NCBI GenBank assembly: GCA_018396535.1
Contig: JAGTQC010000005.1
Coordinates: 32,001-96,000, forward strand
Origin: Candidatus Bathyarchaeota archaeon
Lineage (GTDB): Archaea > Thermoproteota > CALKCG01 > B24 > DRYS01
DNA length: 64,000 nucleotides
Direction of reading: 5' to 3'
Shown here: positions 28,172 to 37,927 of the stretch, piece by piece
Position numbering within the stretch: position 1 is the stretch's first letter
Layout of the letters: each line of letters begins with the position of its first letter
The notes under the pieces: generated by a model
Told to the model about the DNA's origin: nothing
Seen by the model: the letters and a program-made list of their open reading frames with translations, nothing else
The model's database searches: none
Program-made: the position numbers and the translations under genes

Positions 28172-29554
28172 GACATCATAGATTGATCTAATAGTTAGAT
28201 GAACTATACGCTCCTTACCTGTTAACGATTCAAGTCTTTTAATCCTAAAGTATAATGGTGGGTGGGGATCGAAGTTAAGCCATGAACTAGCTCCGTATAC
28301 TTTCTCGTGCATAAGTTTAGAATATCCTATCTTATATAGAGCTTCAGCTAAAGCTTTAGGATTACCAAGTCTGATAGCTGCTTCTAGATCAGCTCTAGCT
28401 TCTAGAAATTTCCCTACAAAGTATATCATGAAAAATGCTAGGGGGAAGTATATGAAGGGTAGAAGTATAACTATCGGGTACAATACATATATTCTCAGAA
28501 GATATTCCGCCACCGAAACTATGAACAATATAAATGGATCTATATTCTTTATATGACTAAGTTCATGCCCTATGACAGCTTCAATCTCATCTATATCGAG
28601 TTTTGTTAAGAGTCCTGTAGTTACTATGATAGCAGATCTCCACGGTATCATCCCTGTAGCAGCTGCATTAGCTATAAGCGTATTGATTAGAGCTAATTTA
28701 ACCCTAGGTAAATTATACTTCACTCTAACTTTTTCTACGATATCGAAGATATCGTATGAACGTATAAATACCTTATCAACAGATGACTGAAGCCCATAGA
28801 ACGAGAATATCCTACTAACGATATCTGGCTCAGGTATCTTACCTAGCGCTAAAGTTTCTTCAAAAATAGCCTTTTTAATCTCCATAAGCTGATCTTGTGT
28901 ATAATTCGATATAAACCATTCATACTCCTTAGGTGATAATACATATTGTACTACATATACGTGTCTACGTCTTTCGTTTAAAGCCCAATCAGAAATTCCC
29001 ACCATTATCTTATCTGCATTCAATAGTATTATAAATTGTAAAAGTACAAGTATAAATGGGGCATAATATTGAAATATTGCAAACATTATGATATTTAACA
29101 TCATAAAAAATAAAAAGAATGGAAGCATATTATCTGAGAAAAGTTTCTCTATAGTTTTTCCTCTACGAGAAGCATATTTATCAGGATATATATTAGCATA
29201 CTCTACGAACGTTAAGAAGATAGATGAGCGTCTCACATTATCTTCAAACGAATGGATAGCGTAGCGTACAGAATCCTTTATATTTTCAACTACGTCTACT
29301 GGTGGATTACCATACTGATATATATCCAACACAACTACTTGATCGACATATATCACTACATATATACTCCACTCAAATCCGTGACTTAAAGTAAAAGTGA
29401 TTATATTATAGCCTAAATGAAGGCTATGTTGGATAAGGAACGGTGGTATATGAAGTTTCAATGCTATTACCTGTTCAATGAAGCCTATAAGTTCATGTAA
29501 CCTATACCTAGGAGCTTCAACTTCGAATATAAAGCGCAACGGAGTAGAGGACAC
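28145..29554 (-). CDS. htpX: M48 (HtpX-like) membrane Zn metalloprotease with long N-terminal extension
   Basis: NAAA, HELSH, EARAD and HPP..FRI motifs; TM segments. Confidence 0.82.
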   Translation of the reverse strand: MSSTPLRFIFEVEAPRYRLHELIGFIEQVIALKLHIPPFLIQHSLHLGYNIITFTLSHGFEWSIYVVIYVDQVVVLDIYQYGNPPVDVVENIKDSVRYAIHSFEDNVRRSSIFLTFVEYANIYPDKYASRRGKTIEKLFSDNMLPFFLFFMMLNIIMFAIFQYYAPFILVLLQFIILLNADKIMVGISDWALNERRRHVYVVQYVLSPKEYEWFISNYTQDQLMEIKKAIFEETLALGKIPEPDIVSRIFSFYGLQSSVDKVFIRSYDIFDIVEKVRVKYNLPRVKLALINTLIANAAATGMIPWRSAIIVTTGLLTKLDIDEIEAVIGHELSHIKNIDPFILFIVSVAEYLLRIYVLYPIVILLPFIYFPLAFFMIYFVGKFLEARADLEAAIRLGNPKALAEALYKIGYSKLMHEKVYGASSWLNFDPHPPLYFRIKRLESLTGKERIVHLTIRSIYDVLRGFISSI

Positions 29555-29629
29555 CTCTTTACATACACCTGCCTAGGCTCGTATTAGAATAGGGTAGCCA
29601 GTAAGATAAATGTTAGTTTTCCCATTATC

Positions 29630-29935
29630 TTAGAGCTCTATAAATTGAGCGTGAGAGACGCCGGATATTCTTATGATAGCATTAGCATGTATAAGTCCCC
29701 TCTTTTTTGCTTCGTTTACTATCTTATCTCCAAATAAATTGGCTACGGTAGCCGTCTCAAGTATCGATAAAGCTTTTTCGATAGTAACTAGGGATCCCTT
29801 AAAGAATTTTTCATCTATATATACCTCAAGATCACCATCCTTTAGAGTTTTACCTAAAAGATCAGCATCGCATACTGCTACAAGTACATCTTTTCCATAC
29901 CTAAATACCTTGACATATACAAGCTCTTCACTCAA
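29630..29935 (-). CDS. DUF424 family protein
   Basis: LVAVCDADLLGK, FFKG, ANLFG and HAQ motifs. Confidence 0.88.
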   Translation of the reverse strand: MSEELVYVKVFRYGKDVLVAVCDADLLGKTLKDGDLEVYIDEKFFKGSLVTIEKALSILETATVANLFGDKIVNEAKKRGLIHANAIIRISGVSHAQFIEL

Positions 29936-30085
29936 ACTCTACACGCTCATATTTTACGGTACACTCTAGGATTATTTAATAGTTTCCTCAATGTCTTGTA
30001 AAACTATAAGCTTATAATAGAGTAACTATACAAGCCTTTTTCTAGCAGGGAGTAGGAGGGGTAAGTATATTAAGGTGTAGGAAGT

Positions 30086-30283
30086 ATGTCTAGATATGAA
30101 GAATTAATACCGAAACCTAGAAGTAGATTTCTAAGGGTTAAATGTCCAGGATGCGGTAATGAACAAATAATATACGAGAAGCCTGCTATTAAAGTTACAT
30201 GTAGAATATGCGAGCATATACTAGCTGAACCAAGAGGTGGTAAGGGTAAGATCTTAGCTGAAATTCTTGAATATCTACCTTGA
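30086..30283 (+). CDS. rps27e: 30S ribosomal protein S27e
   Basis: [19 protein letters not shown]...CRIC...PRGGK. Confidence 0.97.
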   Translation: MSRYEELIPKPRSRFLRVKCPGCGNEQIIYEKPAIKVTCRICEHILAEPRGGKGKILAEILEYLP

Positions 30284-30293
30284 GGTGTTTGAT

Positions 30294-31085
30294 ATGGATA
30301 ATGAGTGGCCCGAGGTTGGTGAAGTTACTATAGGCACTGTTAAAAGCGTATATGATTATGGTGCTTATATAGCTTTAGATGAGTATGCTGGGAAGATAGG
30401 ATTTCTACATGTATCTGAGGTCTCGACTACGTGGGTTAGGAGTATAAGAGACTATCTAGAAGAAGGTAGGAAGGTTGTAGTTAAGATTATTAAAGTTGAT
30501 CCAGAGAAGGCACATATAGACCTATCTTTAAGGAGAGTTACAGAATCAGAAAAGAGAGAAGTACTTAGGCTTTGGAAGAGAAGAAGAAGTGGATCAGTAC
30601 TACTAGCTAGAGCCTGTAAAGAGGCAAAATTAGATTACGATGAGGTCTTAGCCCGGTATGGAAAAATTATAGAGGATAAGTTTGAGGATATCTATGGATT
30701 ATTCGAAGCTGTCATCGAGAAAGGTATCAGTGTTTTAATAGATCTTAACCTACCAGAAAATCTAGTAAAAGCAATAGAGCATATAGCTAGAGAAAGGATA
30801 TCCGTAAAGAAGGTTGAAGTTTCCGGTCTATGCGAAATATACTTCTACGATAGCAATGGTGTGGAAAAGATTAAGAAAGCATTCGATTATGCTTTAAAAT
30901 TGAGAAAACCTGAAGGTGTAAAGGATGTTAAGGCGTATACTATAGGAGCTCCACGATATAGAATCGAAGTAGTGGGAAGTGAATATGGCTTAGCAGCTAA
31001 ATTCCTTAAAAGAATTATAAATAGATTGCAGGTTGCAGTTGAAAAGCTTGGAGGTAGCTTTAAGTATATGGAGGAGAGAAAGTAG
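30294..31085 (+). CDS. eif2a: Translation initiation factor aIF2 alpha
   Basis: S1 domain (WPEVGE, LDEY, HVSEVST, IDLSLRRV) and GAPRY; ATG 30294 with GAGGTG SD preferred over TTG 30267. Confidence 0.96.
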   Translation: MDNEWPEVGEVTIGTVKSVYDYGAYIALDEYAGKIGFLHVSEVSTTWVRSIRDYLEEGRKVVVKIIKVDPEKAHIDLSLRRVTESEKREVLRLWKRRRSGSVLLARACKEAKLDYDEVLARYGKIIEDKFEDIYGLFEAVIEKGISVLIDLNLPENLVKAIEHIARERISVKKVEVSGLCEIYFYDSNGVEKIKKAFDYALKLRKPEGVKDVKAYTIGAPRYRIEVVGSEYGLAAKFLKRIINRLQVAVEKLGGSFKYMEERK

Positions 31086-31267
31086 TGGTATGGCTTTTAA
31101 GGAGATGTATAAATTGTGGTAGATATACTCTCAAAAAGGATAAATGCCCATATTGTAGTGGAGATGTTAGGATCCCTCATCCACCGAAAACATCTATATA
31201 CGATAAGTATAGAGAATATAGAAGGAGGATAAGGGAAATTGCGGAAACCAGTAGTAGTATGGGTTAA
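31085..31267 (+). CDS. nop10: H/ACA RNP protein Nop10
   Basis: CxxC..YTL...CPYC...PHPP...DKY..YR. Confidence 0.95.
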   Translation: MVWLLRRCINCGRYTLKKDKCPYCSGDVRIPHPPKTSIYDKYREYRRRIREIAETSSSMG

Positions 31268-32015
31268 ACGAGGCTTAGAGTTTAATGATCCCTTAGTTAT
31301 AGAGGGCTTCCCTGGTCTAGGATACGTAGGTAGGATAACGGTTGATTACATCGTAGAGAAGCTTAACGCTGTAGAATTTGCTAGGCTTTACACACCATAT
31401 TTTCCACAGCATGTTATAGTAGATGAGCATGGTGAAGTTAGACTTCTTAAAGCATCGTTCTACTACTGGTCGGAGCCAGATAGTAGACGAAGCATCATAC
31501 TAGTAGTGGGTGATAGTCAAGCTCAAACAATCGAAGGTCAATATAGGCTTGCATCTACGATACTAGGGTTTACACGTAAGCTAGGAGCCAGAAGAGTAGT
31601 ATGTATAGGGGGGTATGAAGCATATGTAAGCGATAAACCTAGACTATACGTAGCGGGTACAGATTTAGATATTATTCGAGAAGCCACATCTATCGGTGTA
31701 GAGGTTGGACGTATAGGTAGCCCTATAGTAGGCTTAGCAGGTGTGATACTAGGCATAGCTAAATTCTACGATATGAAGGGCATAGCGATTCTGGTGGAGA
31801 CACCTGGATATTATCCTGATATAGTTGCTGCTAAGGAAGCAATAATTTTTGTATCTGAGTATATAGGTGTGAATATAGATGTAGGCGATCTAGAAAAATA
31901 CGCTGATAAATTTTCTCAAACTTTACGAAGTTTAGAAGAAGTAGCTGAAGAATTGAAGCATTTATCCGAGTCAGTTAGATTAGCCGATAGAGGAAGGTTG
32001 ACGTATATAAGCTAG
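31239..32015 (+). CDS. PAC2-family proteasome assembly chaperone
   Basis: EGFPGLGYVG, GDSQ, ETPG motifs and C-terminal HbYX-like YIS. Confidence 0.9.
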   Translation: MRKPVVVWVKRGLEFNDPLVIEGFPGLGYVGRITVDYIVEKLNAVEFARLYTPYFPQHVIVDEHGEVRLLKASFYYWSEPDSRRSIILVVGDSQAQTIEGQYRLASTILGFTRKLGARRVVCIGGYEAYVSDKPRLYVAGTDLDIIREATSIGVEVGRIGSPIVGLAGVILGIAKFYDMKGIAILVETPGYYPDIVAAKEAIIFVSEYIGVNIDVGDLEKYADKFSQTLRSLEEVAEELKHLSESVRLADRGRLTYIS

Positions 32016-32698
32016 GGCTCTATCACCGAGCCTATATCGTATCCCTCGAGAGCTTTCACTATATTCTCTGGAGTTAAACCTGACACAACTATAAATCTGA
32101 ATGGTGTTTCTGATAAAAGTCGACATGCTTCTGGATCTATTACTTGGTTTATACCTGCTTTATACCTCACATCCGCGAATATCTTTTTCAATTCCTCGAT
32201 TTTAATCTTAGAAAGTTTTTTCGCATCTCTATATATGTTCGGATCTTTATCGTATATGCCGTCAACCTTCGATGCTTTAACTATGACCTCGGCCTTCAAC
32301 CTTCTAGCTAATAGGATAGCTACAGAGTCTGTAGTCATACCAGGGGTTAATCCACCCATAACAACAAGTAAACCATTATCTTGCATAGCTTTAGCTTCAT
32401 CGATACTTCTTGCTATAACACCCTTCGTTAGATCTTTCAGACACTTAGAGAGTAGTAGAGCTACTATGCGTGAAGCCTCTATCGCTATCTCATCTTTATC
32501 TTCCTCTGCTAATCCTAATTTTTCAGCTATACTTATTAAACTCCGTGCAAACTCTCCTCCACCAACTACTACTGCCAACCTGTACTCCATTCCTGCAAGT
32601 CTTCTTATAACAGATGAATACGCATATAACACGCCTGGATCTATAGGTGACGCTATGATAGAACCGCCTATCCTAATTACAGCACTTAGATCCCTCAA
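32012..32698 (-). CDS. pyrH: UMP kinase
   Basis: IGGS, VVGGG, PGMTTD and VDGIYDKDP motifs of archaeal PyrH. Confidence 0.92.
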   Translation of the reverse strand: MRDLSAVIRIGGSIIASPIDPGVLYAYSSVIRRLAGMEYRLAVVVGGGEFARSLISIAEKLGLAEEDKDEIAIEASRIVALLLSKCLKDLTKGVIARSIDEAKAMQDNGLLVVMGGLTPGMTTDSVAILLARRLKAEVIVKASKVDGIYDKDPNIYRDAKKLSKIKIEELKKIFADVRYKAGINQVIDPEACRLLSETPFRFIVVSGLTPENIVKALEGYDIGSVIEP

Positions 32699-32773
32699 CG
32701 CTCGGATAACTTTAAAAGCTGTTTTCAGGTATAAACATGACGGAAGGATAGGAAGTATAAGTGGGGATATTAT

Positions 32774-35008
32774 TTGTCCTCTAGTAGGCTTCCTAAAAAG
32801 CTCAGTACTAGAATTCTAGAAGCTTTAGCTTCTAGCATTAGGATGGAGATACTTAGATTACTACACGAAGAAGGCCCTCTTTCATATAGTGAACTTATGG
32901 ATAGACTAAATCTGGATCCTGTTAAGCATGCAGGTAGGTTCGCCTATCATCTCAAGAAGATTCAATCTGCTAATCTCATAACGCTATCAAAGGAGGGTAG
33001 GAAGTATCAGCTTACAGATTTGGGATGGAAAATATATGAGCTTACACGTGAAATAGAGGAGCATGCCCTTAGAGCTGGTACAAGACTTCTAGTAAGAACA
33101 TCGCGTACAACCATAGAGGAGTTCGATCGTAACCGCATAGTAGAATCGCTTGTTAGAGAAGCTCAAATACCTCAGGAGATAGCTGAAAGAATAGCTAGAA
33201 AAGCTGAGGAAAGACTCCTCGATCTGAGGGTAAAATATCTTACAGCTCCCTTGATCAGAGAATTCGTAAACGCTATACTCATAGAAGAAGGTATGGAGGA
33301 GTATAGGCATAAGCTTACTAGGCTAGGTTTACCAGTCTATGATGTTAAGAAGTCTTTTCAAGATATAGGTGCTAGAGGCGGTATTGCTAAAGACGTTAAA
33401 GATCGTGCGGGTGAGGCTGTACTTAGAGAGTACGTCCTACTTGACATACTACCTAGAAGAGTCGCAGACTCCCACCTATCTGGTTATATAGATATAAGAA
33501 AACCTGGGTCATGGATACTCCATCCAGATGTGATAATACATGATATAGAAGAGATCCTAGCTAGACATGCTTCAATGTTAACATTACCATCAGAAGAGAG
33601 TAGGCTAAAGCTCTACATAGCATATCTATCAAAGTTCATAAGAGATGTATGCTATGAGATACATGAAGAACAGGTAGTAGAATACTTCAACGTCTATCTA
33701 GCTCCATACGTAACTGGGGTTAGAGATATCGAAATAGAAGACGAACTCATATCTTTTCTTATATACCTCTCTGATCTGAAACCCACGGTATCACTAGGAC
33801 TTGAACTAGGGATACCGAGTTTCATGGAAGAAAAGAGGGCTCTTGGAAAGAAGATCGGATATGGCGATCTATACGATGAAGCGTATCGTTTACTTAGAAG
33901 TCTACTTAGATGTTATGAGAGGCTAATGAGCTTTAATAGATTTCGGAGATGCCTACCGCGTTTAATAGTTAAGCTCAGAGGAGGGGATATAGATGAAGAT
34001 ATACTGCTTCATATCCACAGAATCATATCCTTAGGTGGGGAAGTAACGTTTTCTAATTTAGCTAAGACTAATGGAATAACATCATCTGAGGGTATATGGA
34101 TTGAAGCGGATAAAGGTTTACCAGAATATGCTTTACTAAGGAGTCTTTGGATCGGTGGTGTGTCTGTGAATATACCTAGAGCTTCATATGAATCTCATGG
34201 AAGAGAGAATATATTCGCTCGTAGATTAGAAAGGATATGTAGAGATGCCGTAGACTCTCTATTATTCAGGTATAGTGCTGTATCATCTAATATATCCTCT
34301 AATCTTCTCCCCACTCTATTTGGTGGAGTTAGCCCATACTCTAGTATCAAAAATTGTAAATACGGTCTAAACTTAGTAGGTCTCTTAGAAGCTGCTATGC
34401 TTTTCACAGATTCAGAAAACTTTATCGAAGACGATGTATTGGATTATACGTGGAAGATCATAGACTATTTACGTGAGATAGTGAGAAGTATAGAACAGGA
34501 AACAAGAATTAAGATAACCCTATCTAGTATAGCCGATATCGATGCTTCAACTAGGCTTGCCAATATGGATCAGTTATACTATGGTAAAGCTAAAGAGTAT
34601 AAACACTTATATAGACCGTTCTATGCCTCTGGCTCTCTCATACCTATGGATATAGATGTATCGACTATAAATAGAATAAGAATAGAAGCTGAATTTCATA
34701 GAAAGATTGATGGAGCATTAGCTGTAATACCGTTGAGTGAAGATGATATTGAGGATGTAGAAGCCATGAAAGACTTAACCATAGAAGCGTATGAAAACTA
34801 TGATCTAAGATGGTATAGCTATGGGTTTAAATTCACATATTGCACCTTATGCCGTAGACATTTCAACGGCTTTATCGAAGTATGTCCAGAGTGTAGATCA
34901 TCTAGAGATCTTGTAAGATATGTCAAGATAGGTGCATCGTATATGAGTGAGTATGTTTTACCAGATGGTGTAAGAAATGCTTTATTGAAGTCTAACAGCT
35001 CTCATTAA
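32774..35008 (+). CDS. wHTH + ATP-cone + class III ribonucleotide reductase (NrdD)-like fusion, apparently catalytically inactive
   Basis: ArsR-type wHTH at residues ~12-90, ATP cone (VRTS..IEEFDR..YLTAPLIRE), NrdD-like barrel, C-terminal CxxC..CxxC; glycyl-radical motif absent. Confidence 0.8.
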   Translation: MSSSRLPKKLSTRILEALASSIRMEILRLLHEEGPLSYSELMDRLNLDPVKHAGRFAYHLKKIQSANLITLSKEGRKYQLTDLGWKIYELTREIEEHALRAGTRLLVRTSRTTIEEFDRNRIVESLVREAQIPQEIAERIARKAEERLLDLRVKYLTAPLIREFVNAILIEEGMEEYRHKLTRLGLPVYDVKKSFQDIGARGGIAKDVKDRAGEAVLREYVLLDILPRRVADSHLSGYIDIRKPGSWILHPDVIIHDIEEILARHASMLTLPSEESRLKLYIAYLSKFIRDVCYEIHEEQVVEYFNVYLAPYVTGVRDIEIEDELISFLIYLSDLKPTVSLGLELGIPSFMEEKRALGKKIGYGDLYDEAYRLLRSLLRCYERLMSFNRFRRCLPRLIVKLRGGDIDEDILLHIHRIISLGGEVTFSNLAKTNGITSSEGIWIEADKGLPEYALLRSLWIGGVSVNIPRASYESHGRENIFARRLERICRDAVDSLLFRYSAVSSNISSNLLPTLFGGVSPYSSIKNCKYGLNLVGLLEAAMLFTDSENFIEDDVLDYTWKIIDYLREIVRSIEQETRIKITLSSIADIDASTRLANMDQLYYGKAKEYKHLYRPFYASGSLIPMDIDVSTINRIRIEAEFHRKIDGALAVIPLSEDDIEDVEAMKDLTIEAYENYDLRWYSYGFKFTYCTLCRRHFNGFIEVCPECRSSRDLVRYVKIGASYMSEYVLPDGVRNALLKSNSSH

Positions 35009-35484
35009 ATTAGGTTGAGTAGAGCATCGTTTCTATCCATAATCCTGCGGCAGTAGTGGCACTGTATCAGTAAGGGATCCTTAGATATGACGTGAAATAC
35101 GGGTTTGATAGGTTCATGGCTATTCGATATGCAAGATGGATTACCGCATTTAACAAGACCTACTAAGATATCAGGTATCTTAACTTTCATCTTTGATAAA
35201 ACCTCGTAATCTCTTATTATATTTATCGTAGCATTAGGAGCTATCAAAGCTATTTTATGAACCTCGCTTTCTACTAGTTCCTTCCCTTCGATCTTAACGA
35301 TATCCTTTAACCCAAGCTTATGACTAGGTACATTCATTACGACGCTTATCGTTAATCCTTCCTTACCGGTTAAACCTAGTATCCTAAGTACATCTAAAGC
35401 ATAGCCTGCGGTTATGTGGTCTATAACTGTTCCATCCTTAATCTTTTGCACTCTTAACTCCCTTCGTTCATCCAATGTCTTCAC
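35005..35484 (-). CDS. pyrI: Aspartate carbamoyltransferase regulatory chain
   Basis: IKDGTVIDHI, KDIVKIE, CGNPSCIS and CHYC motifs. Confidence 0.97.
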   Translation of the reverse strand: MKTLDERRELRVQKIKDGTVIDHITAGYALDVLRILGLTGKEGLTISVVMNVPSHKLGLKDIVKIEGKELVESEVHKIALIAPNATINIIRDYEVLSKMKVKIPDILVGLVKCGNPSCISNSHEPIKPVFHVISKDPLLIQCHYCRRIMDRNDALLNLI

Positions 35485-35576
35485 CTAGCGTAACACTATC
35501 CTTAAGCTAGGATTTTAGTCTTTCTACAATCTCTAGGGTAAAGGATATCTATAGCTTACTGGATAGTAGCATAAAT

Positions 35577-36287
35577 ATGCAACGCTACATATCTAGAAGA
35601 GCTATGGTAGGTAAAGCCTGTATAGGGTTGAATTCTACGATATTAGGTGCAAGCGTAATCGGTGATGGTAGTTTCATAGATTCGTATACGATCTTAGGTT
35701 ATCCTACCAGGCATAAAATTATGAAGCTACTCGAAAACGACTATATAGACTACGATGCTTTAGATAGCTTCAGCGAAGGCTGCCGCATAGGTAGTCGATG
35801 CATAGTTAGATCAAATACCATAATCTATGAATACACAAATATAAGCGATGATGTCGAGATAGGTCATGACGTACTAGTAAGAGAGTTTGTCTATATAGAT
35901 AGTTCTACACGTATAGGATCTCATACAGTCATAGATGGCTATGTAGAGATAGGTAAGAAGGTTAATATACAGACTGGCTGTTATATCCCACCTAAAGCTA
36001 TCATAGAGGATAGAGTATTCATAGGACCGTATACATTAATCCTAAATGATAAGTATCCTCCTAGCGGTAGACTTGTAGGCTCTAGGATATGCCATGACGC
36101 TATCATAGGTGCCGGAGTAACCATACTACCGGGAGTAGTAGTAGGCGAGGGGGCTGTCGTAGCTGCAGGGGCGCTCGTTACCAGAAATGTCGAACCATAT
36201 ACCGTCGTTAAAGGTAGACCTGCTAGACTATGTTACTCCAGGGATGAGTATGAAGAGAGAAAGAGAAGGTATATCAATCAAGCCTAG
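35577..36287 (+). CDS. Hexapeptide-repeat (LbH) acyltransferase
   Basis: Repeated hexapeptide pattern; FIGP..LNDKYP and GAVVAAGALVTRNV motifs. Confidence 0.9.
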   Translation: MQRYISRRAMVGKACIGLNSTILGASVIGDGSFIDSYTILGYPTRHKIMKLLENDYIDYDALDSFSEGCRIGSRCIVRSNTIIYEYTNISDDVEIGHDVLVREFVYIDSSTRIGSHTVIDGYVEIGKKVNIQTGCYIPPKAIIEDRVFIGPYTLILNDKYPPSGRLVGSRICHDAIIGAGVTILPGVVVGEGAVVAAGALVTRNVEPYTVVKGRPARLCYSRDEYEERKRRYINQA

Positions 36288-36511
36288 GGTTGGAGTTCTA
36301 GAAGTGTTTCGGTAGATGTAACGTTAGGTAACCTGTTTATTTCAAGAACCGCTCGGCATATATCCCCTACAACTGGAGCTTCTATGAAGGCTACTAAATC
36401 ATACCTACCAAAGGTAAAGAATGCCTTTGTAACACCCTTAATCTTCCTTACAGATTCCAGTGTACCTATTACACCCTTTGGCTCTAGTTTAACGAAAACT
36501 ATAGCTTTCAT
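36284..36511 (-). CDS. Stand-alone Lrp/AsnC ligand-binding (RAM) domain protein
   Basis: KAIVFVK...GRYDLVAF...VTSTETL; no HTH. Confidence 0.85.
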   Translation of the reverse strand: MKAIVFVKLEPKGVIGTLESVRKIKGVTKAFFTFGRYDLVAFIEAPVVGDICRAVLEINRLPNVTSTETLLELQP

Positions 36512-36523
36512 CTAATATTCACC

Positions 36524-36757
36524 TCATGTAGATGGGAATATTATGAGGGTCTCCGTAGATTTAACCCCCCTCACCTGAGCTAGTTTAAGTACATTTTCTC
36601 CAAGTCCCTTCAAATCCTCCGCTTCTATCTCTACTACAAAATCCCAGCGGCCTAATGTAGCTGTAACCGATCTAACACCCTTCGCTTTACTAAGTTCTAG
36701 ATTTAATATTTCGAAAGAACCCGGCTTAGCTTCTATCAGTACGATAGCCTCTATCAA
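36524..36757 (-). CDS. Stand-alone Lrp/AsnC ligand-binding (RAM) domain protein
   Basis: EAIVLIE...GRWDFVVE...GVKSTETLI; no HTH. Confidence 0.85.
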   Translation of the reverse strand: MIEAIVLIEAKPGSFEILNLELSKAKGVRSVTATLGRWDFVVEIEAEDLKGLGENVLKLAQVRGVKSTETLIIFPST

Positions 36758-36816
36758 CTCTAACCCCCTATGCTTATTAACACCCTCTCGAATATAACAG
36801 TTTATAGTGTCTAGCC

Positions 36817-37278
36817 GTGGGAGTCCAAGGATCTCTAGAATTGGAAGTATACGTGCATGCTACGGAAGATGAACATAAAGTTATGAAAGCTGTTAGTAAC
36901 ATACTACCTAGGGATCTCTATGAGAAGCTACGCTTCGATAGGGTTAGAACAAGAGGACATTATGGCAATCCTATAACAGTCATAAAGGCGGAGGCTAGGT
37001 TGGATGATGCTAAAGCTATATCGAAGTATATACTTGAGAAGATGGAAAAATACGATAGAGAGTATATTCGTAGGAATCTAGAAGTATTCGTAGATAGCGT
37101 TGGTACCATATATCTTAGATTCGATAAACAGGAAGCATACCTTGGTAGGATTGTGTTAAAAAGTAGCGATCCGATATGCGTAAGATTAAGATTCGATATA
37201 CCTCCAGGTGGAAGAATTAATCCTATCGAGTATATAGGAGGGATAATCTTTGAAGAGGTACGTAGATCTTCATGTTAA
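36817..37278 (+). CDS. Exosome-operon RNA-binding protein (COG1325-like)
   Basis: HATEDEHKV, GHYGNPI and YLRFDKQ motifs. Confidence 0.88.
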   Translation: MGVQGSLELEVYVHATEDEHKVMKAVSNILPRDLYEKLRFDRVRTRGHYGNPITVIKAEARLDDAKAISKYILEKMEKYDREYIRRNLEVFVDSVGTIYLRFDKQEAYLGRIVLKSSDPICVRLRFDIPPGGRINPIEYIGGIIFEEVRRSSC

Positions 37279-37927
37279 ACCTAGGAGTGAGGAGGATGTA
37301 CACGATATTTTAGAAACAGCTTTGAAGCTAGGTTATAAAGCCATAGGATTAGTTATCGATAGCATCTACAGTCAGTTAGTAGAGGAGTATAACGGATTGA
37401 AGATATTAAAGAGGATTGATGTAGATGCAAAGCTAGATGATCTACGTAAATATAGAGTAAGGTTATCCAGGAAGTATGATATCGTATCAGCTATCTGCCG
37501 AGATAGTAGCGATATTAGGAGAGCTCTAAAATGCGGCTTCAATATAATCTGTTTCAAAGGCCTACCTAGCACTCCTAAAATAACCGATTTCTCCCTCATA
37601 AAGTATAGTGAAGCATACTTAGAATTAGATCTATGCGATCTACTATCCTTTAATGAAGATGAAAGGATAATGGTCTTCAGATCAATAGCTAGAATATTCA
37701 GATACGCATCTAGGAAGGATGCTAAACTTATACTAGCGAGCGGCGCAGTTGACTCCTATAAGCTTAGAGCACCATTAGATTTAGCAAGTATGGTGCTTCC
37801 CGCAGGTGTAACATGGTTTGAAGCTTTAACAGCAGCCGTATACAATCCATCTATATTCTTCTCGTATATGATACGTAAGAGTATGGGGTATGTAAGTGAA
37901 GGTGTTAGGATCGTTAGAAGGTGGTAG
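37250..37927 (+). CDS. rnp3: RNase P protein Rpp30
   Basis: DLHV, LGY and SGA...LRAPLDL motifs; superoperon position. Confidence 0.85.
   Translation: MKRYVDLHVKPRSEEDVHDILETALKLGYKAIGLVIDSIYSQLVEEYNGLKILKRIDVDAKLDDLRKYRVRLSRKYDIVSAICRDSSDIRRALKCGFNIICFKGLPSTPKITDFSLIKYSEAYLELDLCDLLSFNEDERIMVFRSIARIFRYASRKDAKLILASGAVDSYKLRAPLDLASMVLPAGVTWFEALTAAVYNPSIFFSYMIRKSMGYVSEGVRIVRRW

Noticed and set aside
32774-35008. Annotation as a functional anaerobic ribonucleotide reductase, or as a pseudogene
   Set aside because: The radical Gly and catalytic Cys motifs are not found, which argues against activity. The frame is intact with conserved regulatory domains, which argues against decay.
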